From contig CAKZLR010000051.1 in the NCBI GenBank assembly GCA_937127165.1, forward strand, positions 1-53,473: DNA of 53,473 nucleotides. The letters run 5' to 3'. Numbering within the stretch: position 1 is the first letter of the stretch; every line of letters starts with the position of its first letter. Origin of the DNA: an uncultured Candidatus Peregrinibacteria bacterium (lineage in GTDB: Bacteria; Patescibacteriota; JACMRA01). The notes under the pieces were generated by a model. The model saw nothing but the letters and a program-made list of their open reading frames with translations, was not told the DNA's origin and did not search any database. A program made the translations under genes and the position numbers. Positions 49,837 through 53,473 of the stretch are shown here, in pieces.

Positions 49837-51135
49837 TTAAGTTTTGGTTTTAGTTTTTGTAGAGATCTGTTTGTTGAGGTCTTTAGATCTGTTTATGATT
49901 GCAGCTTTTGACTTACTACTTTTTTTAGGTTTTAATGTTTGTTCTATTTTTGCAGTTTGAGTTTGTAAGACTAAATACCGGGAAACTGGTTCTGTTGATA
50001 AAATTAAATCTCTGCTGTGTGAACTACTTGATCTTGCTCGCCAGTGTAAATATCCCCAAATAGCCACGATCAAAACTAAGATACTGATAACAATAGGGTA
50101 AAAATAAAAGGACTCTAGCAAATTTATTGACACACTAATTGAAGTGACTAGCAGCAAAGCACACACAAAAGCCACAGAAATTAACGAGTTTTTAACAAAC
50201 AAGGTAAGAATTGGTAGTTGTGCTAAAATACCTTGAATTCGACTAAGTAAAGCGATAAAGATCAACCAAAATACTAGTAAGACAGTAATTCTTGCTAGCC
50301 ATAGAGGTTTATGGTTTTCTGGTGTTTGCGAATTTTTAAAATCGTCAATGGTGCCGGTATATAATTTAAACAAAGGTTGCTTGTCAGCACCCACAAAAGG
50401 TACAACAGTATTGTTTACAACCGAACCTACGACAGTCACAACTTGAGGTAATACAACCTTGTAAGATATTTTCAGATCCCCAATTTGGGGGTTTTCGATA
50501 GAATCCTGATTGAGGTATATATAGTTGTCTCGGACGACTGGCGTTGTTTTGATAGTTTCAGAATTGTTGGAGGTTGTTTGAGAAACAGATTTGTTTTTTA
50601 GATCTACTTTTGAAGAATCTAATGGTAAATTTTGATACGGAGGCAGACCTGCTTTAGATATATCAAACGTGAAACCATTTATACTAACCTGTTCAGCGGT
50701 TATAATCTCATTTAGAATCTTTTTTGGAGGGTTTGTGTAATTATAGTTTTGGAAAGTTGCCGAATTTGGAGGAGAATCAGTCCATTTGGCTGTGTATTTT
50801 ATAATTTCGTCACCGTTTTCTAAGTTTTCAATCTCTTCGTGCCAAGAATACATCTCTACTACTCTATGGATAGAAATGTAATCAGATGATGGTAACAAAA
50901 AATCGTCACCAAGCTTTTGTTGATTCTTTACAACCCCGGTTATGTAATACACTTGGTTGGGATCGAGTTTTTGAGTTTGGTGTAGCGTATCAATTGAAAT
51001 AGCTTGACTTAAGAGATCTGTTCGTAAAAAAGCAAATTCGGCTTGAATTAAAAACCCAATAGACACACCCAAAGCTATCAAAGCAGTCCACAAACCCAAC
51101 CAGGAAGCAGCAACTTTTTGAATAGAAAGAACCAT
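49837..51135 (-). CDS. TMEM43/DUF1625 family membrane protein
   Basis: N-terminal TM, RVVEMYSWHE, PQIGDLKISY, three C-terminal TM helices. Confidence 0.8.
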   Translation of the reverse strand: MVLSIQKVAASWLGLWTALIALGVSIGFLIQAEFAFLRTDLLSQAISIDTLHQTQKLDPNQVYYITGVVKNQQKLGDDFLLPSSDYISIHRVVEMYSWHEEIENLENGDEIIKYTAKWTDSPPNSATFQNYNYTNPPKKILNEIITAEQVSINGFTFDISKAGLPPYQNLPLDSSKVDLKNKSVSQTTSNNSETIKTTPVVRDNYIYLNQDSIENPQIGDLKISYKVVLPQVVTVVGSVVNNTVVPFVGADKQPLFKLYTGTIDDFKNSQTPENHKPLWLARITVLLVFWLIFIALLSRIQGILAQLPILTLFVKNSLISVAFVCALLLVTSISVSINLLESFYFYPIVISILVLIVAIWGYLHWRARSSSSHSRDLILSTEPVSRYLVLQTQTAKIEQTLKPKKSSKSKAAIINRSKDLNKQISTKTKTKT

Positions 51136-51253
51136 CGTCTAAGAGACAAATAAAACAACTTTATAATCTAAGTTAGATTAAAATCGGTTGTAGATTTTGC
51201 TAAATCTGTCAATTAAAAGCAAATTTTTACTGTGAGTACGTAATTTTATGCTT

Positions 51254-52090
51254 TCACAAAGCAATTTGCATCTTACCTAGACTAGGTTGGGGTTTGTATT
51301 GGCTTTTGAGTTGAGTAAAGATTTCTAGCACGAGACTTTCATCTTTTTGAACTGCTCGCTCAAAAGAGTTTTCAGGAAGGTTTAACAACACTGGCTGGTG
51401 TTTATTTTTTCTTTTAGACAACTCGTTAGCTTGAGTAAAATGGTTTTCGTAAATATGGACATTAGATCCTGAATAGTGTAAATATCCCGGCTTAACACCT
51501 AGTTTTTGAGCTAAAATCATCTGTAACAAAGCAAATCCGGCTACATCGTGAGGCAAACCTAGCATAACATCTTGGGAGCGGAACAAAAAATGTAGATGCA
51601 ATTCGCCGCCGACAATGTTAACCGTCCATATAGGTACACAAGGCACATTTTTTTTAGGTGGACTATCCAGACCATCACTGTTAGGATCCCAAGTCACCAC
51701 CACTCCTTGCCGACTCGAAGGATCTTTCTGAAGTAAATTAATTAGGCCAGCGATTTGATCTCTACCAAAAAACGATCGCCAACGATAGCCGTAGGAAGTT
51801 TCTACTGTGTTGGAACCTGTCTCATCCATAAAATCATCCCAGATTCGGCTAAATTTTTGAAAGAAATCCAAATTTTTATCACCTTGCAAATACCAAATAA
51901 TCTCGGCTACGAACAATTTGATAGGAATCTTGCGAAGGGTTAAAAGAGGAAATTCTTCACTTGGTCGAAATGATTGAGCCACTCCGGTTATAGTTTTTGT
52001 GTAGTAACCAGTCCGTCGGTTAAATTCTAAAACACCTTCTGTCATTATTTTTTTGACAATTTGGCGATACCATTGGTCAAATTTAGTCAT
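51254..52090 (-). CDS. thyA: thymidylate synthase family enzyme with Asp at the Asn177 specificity site
   Basis: RTG, FPLLTLRK, EIIWYL.G, IWD, YGYRWR, DQI, SSRQ, VPC (catalytic Cys), RSQDVMLGLPHD, HIYENH. Start moved to ATG 52090. Confidence 0.92.
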   Translation of the reverse strand: MTKFDQWYRQIVKKIMTEGVLEFNRRTGYYTKTITGVAQSFRPSEEFPLLTLRKIPIKLFVAEIIWYLQGDKNLDFFQKFSRIWDDFMDETGSNTVETSYGYRWRSFFGRDQIAGLINLLQKDPSSRQGVVVTWDPNSDGLDSPPKKNVPCVPIWTVNIVGGELHLHFLFRSQDVMLGLPHDVAGFALLQMILAQKLGVKPGYLHYSGSNVHIYENHFTQANELSKRKNKHQPVLLNLPENSFERAVQKDESLVLEIFTQLKSQYKPQPSLGKMQIAL

Positions 52091-52100
52091 AGTGAAGGTT

Positions 52101-52523
52101 TTAGAGTGTAAAAATAACATCTGGTTCCAAATTGGTTTGATTGGTGCCGTTGTAGTAGTTGCCTGCTGGACTGGGGAAAAGATGTAATTGTTGAGCGGAA
52201 CTAAAAATATGTTCAATTTCCTCAAAATTATCAGTTTTTTTAAGCAACTCTACACCTTGTTTGGTGAGTTTGGTTTTCCACACCAAAGGTCCACAAAAAC
52301 CCGCATCAATAATTGCTGAGATAACTTGTTCAATATAGAGACTTTGGTCTTTGCCTTGCCTTAAAACACGACTGCGATTGGCTAGGTTACCGTAGACATT
52401 CTCAAATCTAAACACTAATTTAGTTTGAAAATAAACTAGCCAATTTATTTCGTCAAAATGTAAGAGCCTAATTTTTTCTAGGTCAAAAGTAGGTTTGCTG
52501 GTGATTTTAATAAAAACAGGCAT
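52101..52523 (-). CDS. hypothetical protein, likely co-transcribed with thyA
   Basis: ~140 aa ORF ending 10 nt before the thyA ATG; TTGAC boxes upstream of ATG 52523. Confidence 0.65.
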   Translation of the reverse strand: MPVFIKITSKPTFDLEKIRLLHFDEINWLVYFQTKLVFRFENVYGNLANRSRVLRQGKDQSLYIEQVISAIIDAGFCGPLVWKTKLTKQGVELLKKTDNFEEIEHIFSSAQQLHLFPSPAGNYYNGTNQTNLEPDVIFTL

Positions 52524-52789
52524 CTTTTGCCCAAAAAGTTTTAAGACAAAAAGCAAACTTAGTCAAACCCAATTTTTTGTCAAAATCTAGCTTGTATAGA
52601 ATCAGTTTGACGTGTAATTTGTAAATATCGATAAATAATCGATCTTTCAAATTTCTGAATTTATTTGTTAGCATTAATTACTCAGATTACATCTATCGGT
52701 AGATACGAAGTAACACCTGTATATCACCTTATTTTAAAGTCTAGAAATAAAGTGTAAACACTAAAATTGTGATTGAAAAATAAAACTCA

Positions 52790-53473
52790 TTAGAATAATG
52801 GAACCCAGTGTATAGTTGCGTGAATTCCTCGATGTCCAGGACTAGGATCAGAATATACAGGATTATGGCGAATCACAACCCTATATGGAGTACCCTGTCG
52901 TACAGGTAATGTCATTTGAGCATGTCTGTTTATCAGATAATGGCAAGAAATCGCATTCATCAGAATAGCACTACCACTAGGATTATGACCAGAAAAGAAA
53001 TAAAATTCAGCATCACCTTTTGAATCACCATATACATGAGGAGCTTCTATCCGAACAACCACGAACCCATCGGTTGATGGTATGCTAGCACTGTTTGTAG
53101 CATTGTATATGTCTAGAGTATCCCCCGGTTGCGGGTTATTAGTTCTATCATATGTTGCTAAAAGCTGCCAATTTCCTATTCTACCTGATGATTGATTAGC
53201 TGCGGTGTTAGTAATTATATATGTACCATTATTATTAGTTATAGAAATGCCATTACCGGCACTAATACCATTTCTTGTTATTGAAGTAACATGACCGTTG
53301 TCAACACTTAGGCCAGTAACAACTGGTATAGTTCCTGGTGTAGTAGAGCTGGATGTACTTATAGTTGCATGGGTAATTGTAACATCACCCGAGCCTATTA
53401 ACCTGTTATTTGCATTTCCACTTAAATTGATCTGATTACCAGCTACTAAGCTGCCTCTCTGTAAGATTCTATC
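52790..53473 (-). CDS. C-terminal part of a fibre/adhesin-like protein (runs off the window end)
   Basis: The frame is open from 53473: DRILQRGSLVAGNQINLSG...VTGLSVDNGHVTSITRNGISAGNGISITNNNG...DGFVVVRI...TLPVRQG...IHWVPLF*. The ORF track shows only the last 90 aa. Confidence 0.7.
   Translation of the reverse strand, partial: DRILQRGSLVAGNQINLSGNANNRLIGSGDVTITHATISTSSSTTPGTIPVVTGLSVDNGHVTSITRNGISAGNGISITNNNGTYIITNTAANQSSGRIGNWQLLATYDRTNNPQPGDTLDIYNATNSASIPSTDGFVVVRIEAPHVYGDSKGDAEFYFFSGHNPSGSAILMNAISCHYLINRHAQMTLPVRQGTPYRVVIRHNPVYSDPSPGHRGIHATIHWVPLF

Noticed and set aside
3628..51943. Short ORFs antisense to or nested in real genes (e.g. 3628..3873, 5359..5700, 19689..20000, 29049..29417, 41212..41460, 51755..51943)
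   Set aside because: Shadow frames of well-supported genes, with no motifs.
1..53473. Alternative genetic code (UGA=Gly, code 25)
   Set aside because: Conserved genes are full length under code 11, and TGA ends thyA and gltX at or near their expected C-termini. Reading through the ligA TGA adds only ~10 residues before a TAA.
52790..53473. Diversity-generating retroelement target
   Set aside because: No template repeat or reverse transcriptase in the window, and no clear C-type lectin variable-region motif.

Overview
An AT-rich (roughly 30% GC by eye) bacterial chromosome segment in standard code 11. Gene content and sequence signatures point to Patescibacteria/CPR: CPR-type bS21, a T4SS-like pilin, a TSP3-repeat sortase-like protein and the LysRS motif-3 variant. 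It is mostly housekeeping genes scattered as single units: rplS (partial), rpsU, ftsA, gatD, lysS, recA, tal, tgt, mscS, ruvB, lctP, gdhA, uppP, gltX, rpsO, metG, pepP and frr. I saw no rRNA, tRNA, CRISPR array or intact mobile element. Many core genes are rewired. (1) The ThyA-family enzyme has Asp at the substrate-specificity position (E. coli Asn177), the residue found in dCMP-modifying enzymes. With a zinc deaminase elsewhere in the window, this suggests a dCMP -> 5-methyl-dCMP -> dTMP route. (2) Ribosomal proteins bS6 and bS18 are fused in one ORF. (3) A stand-alone LysW/LysX pair has a carrier that ends in Gln (EEDWGQ) rather than the catalytically required Glu. (4) LysRS is fused to a DUF2000 (Pth2-like) domain, and GluRS has an inserted NUDIX domain. 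(5) LigA and UvrC are present only as clean C-terminal halves. (6) Several apparent pseudoenzymes occur (sortase, DegT paralog, DinG helicase part), plus a decayed photolyase pseudogene. Non-coding DNA shows TTGAC -35 boxes ahead of most genes, no Shine-Dalgarno motifs, and frequent 10-18 bp tandem duplications. All family calls come from motif recognition by eye, not database searches.
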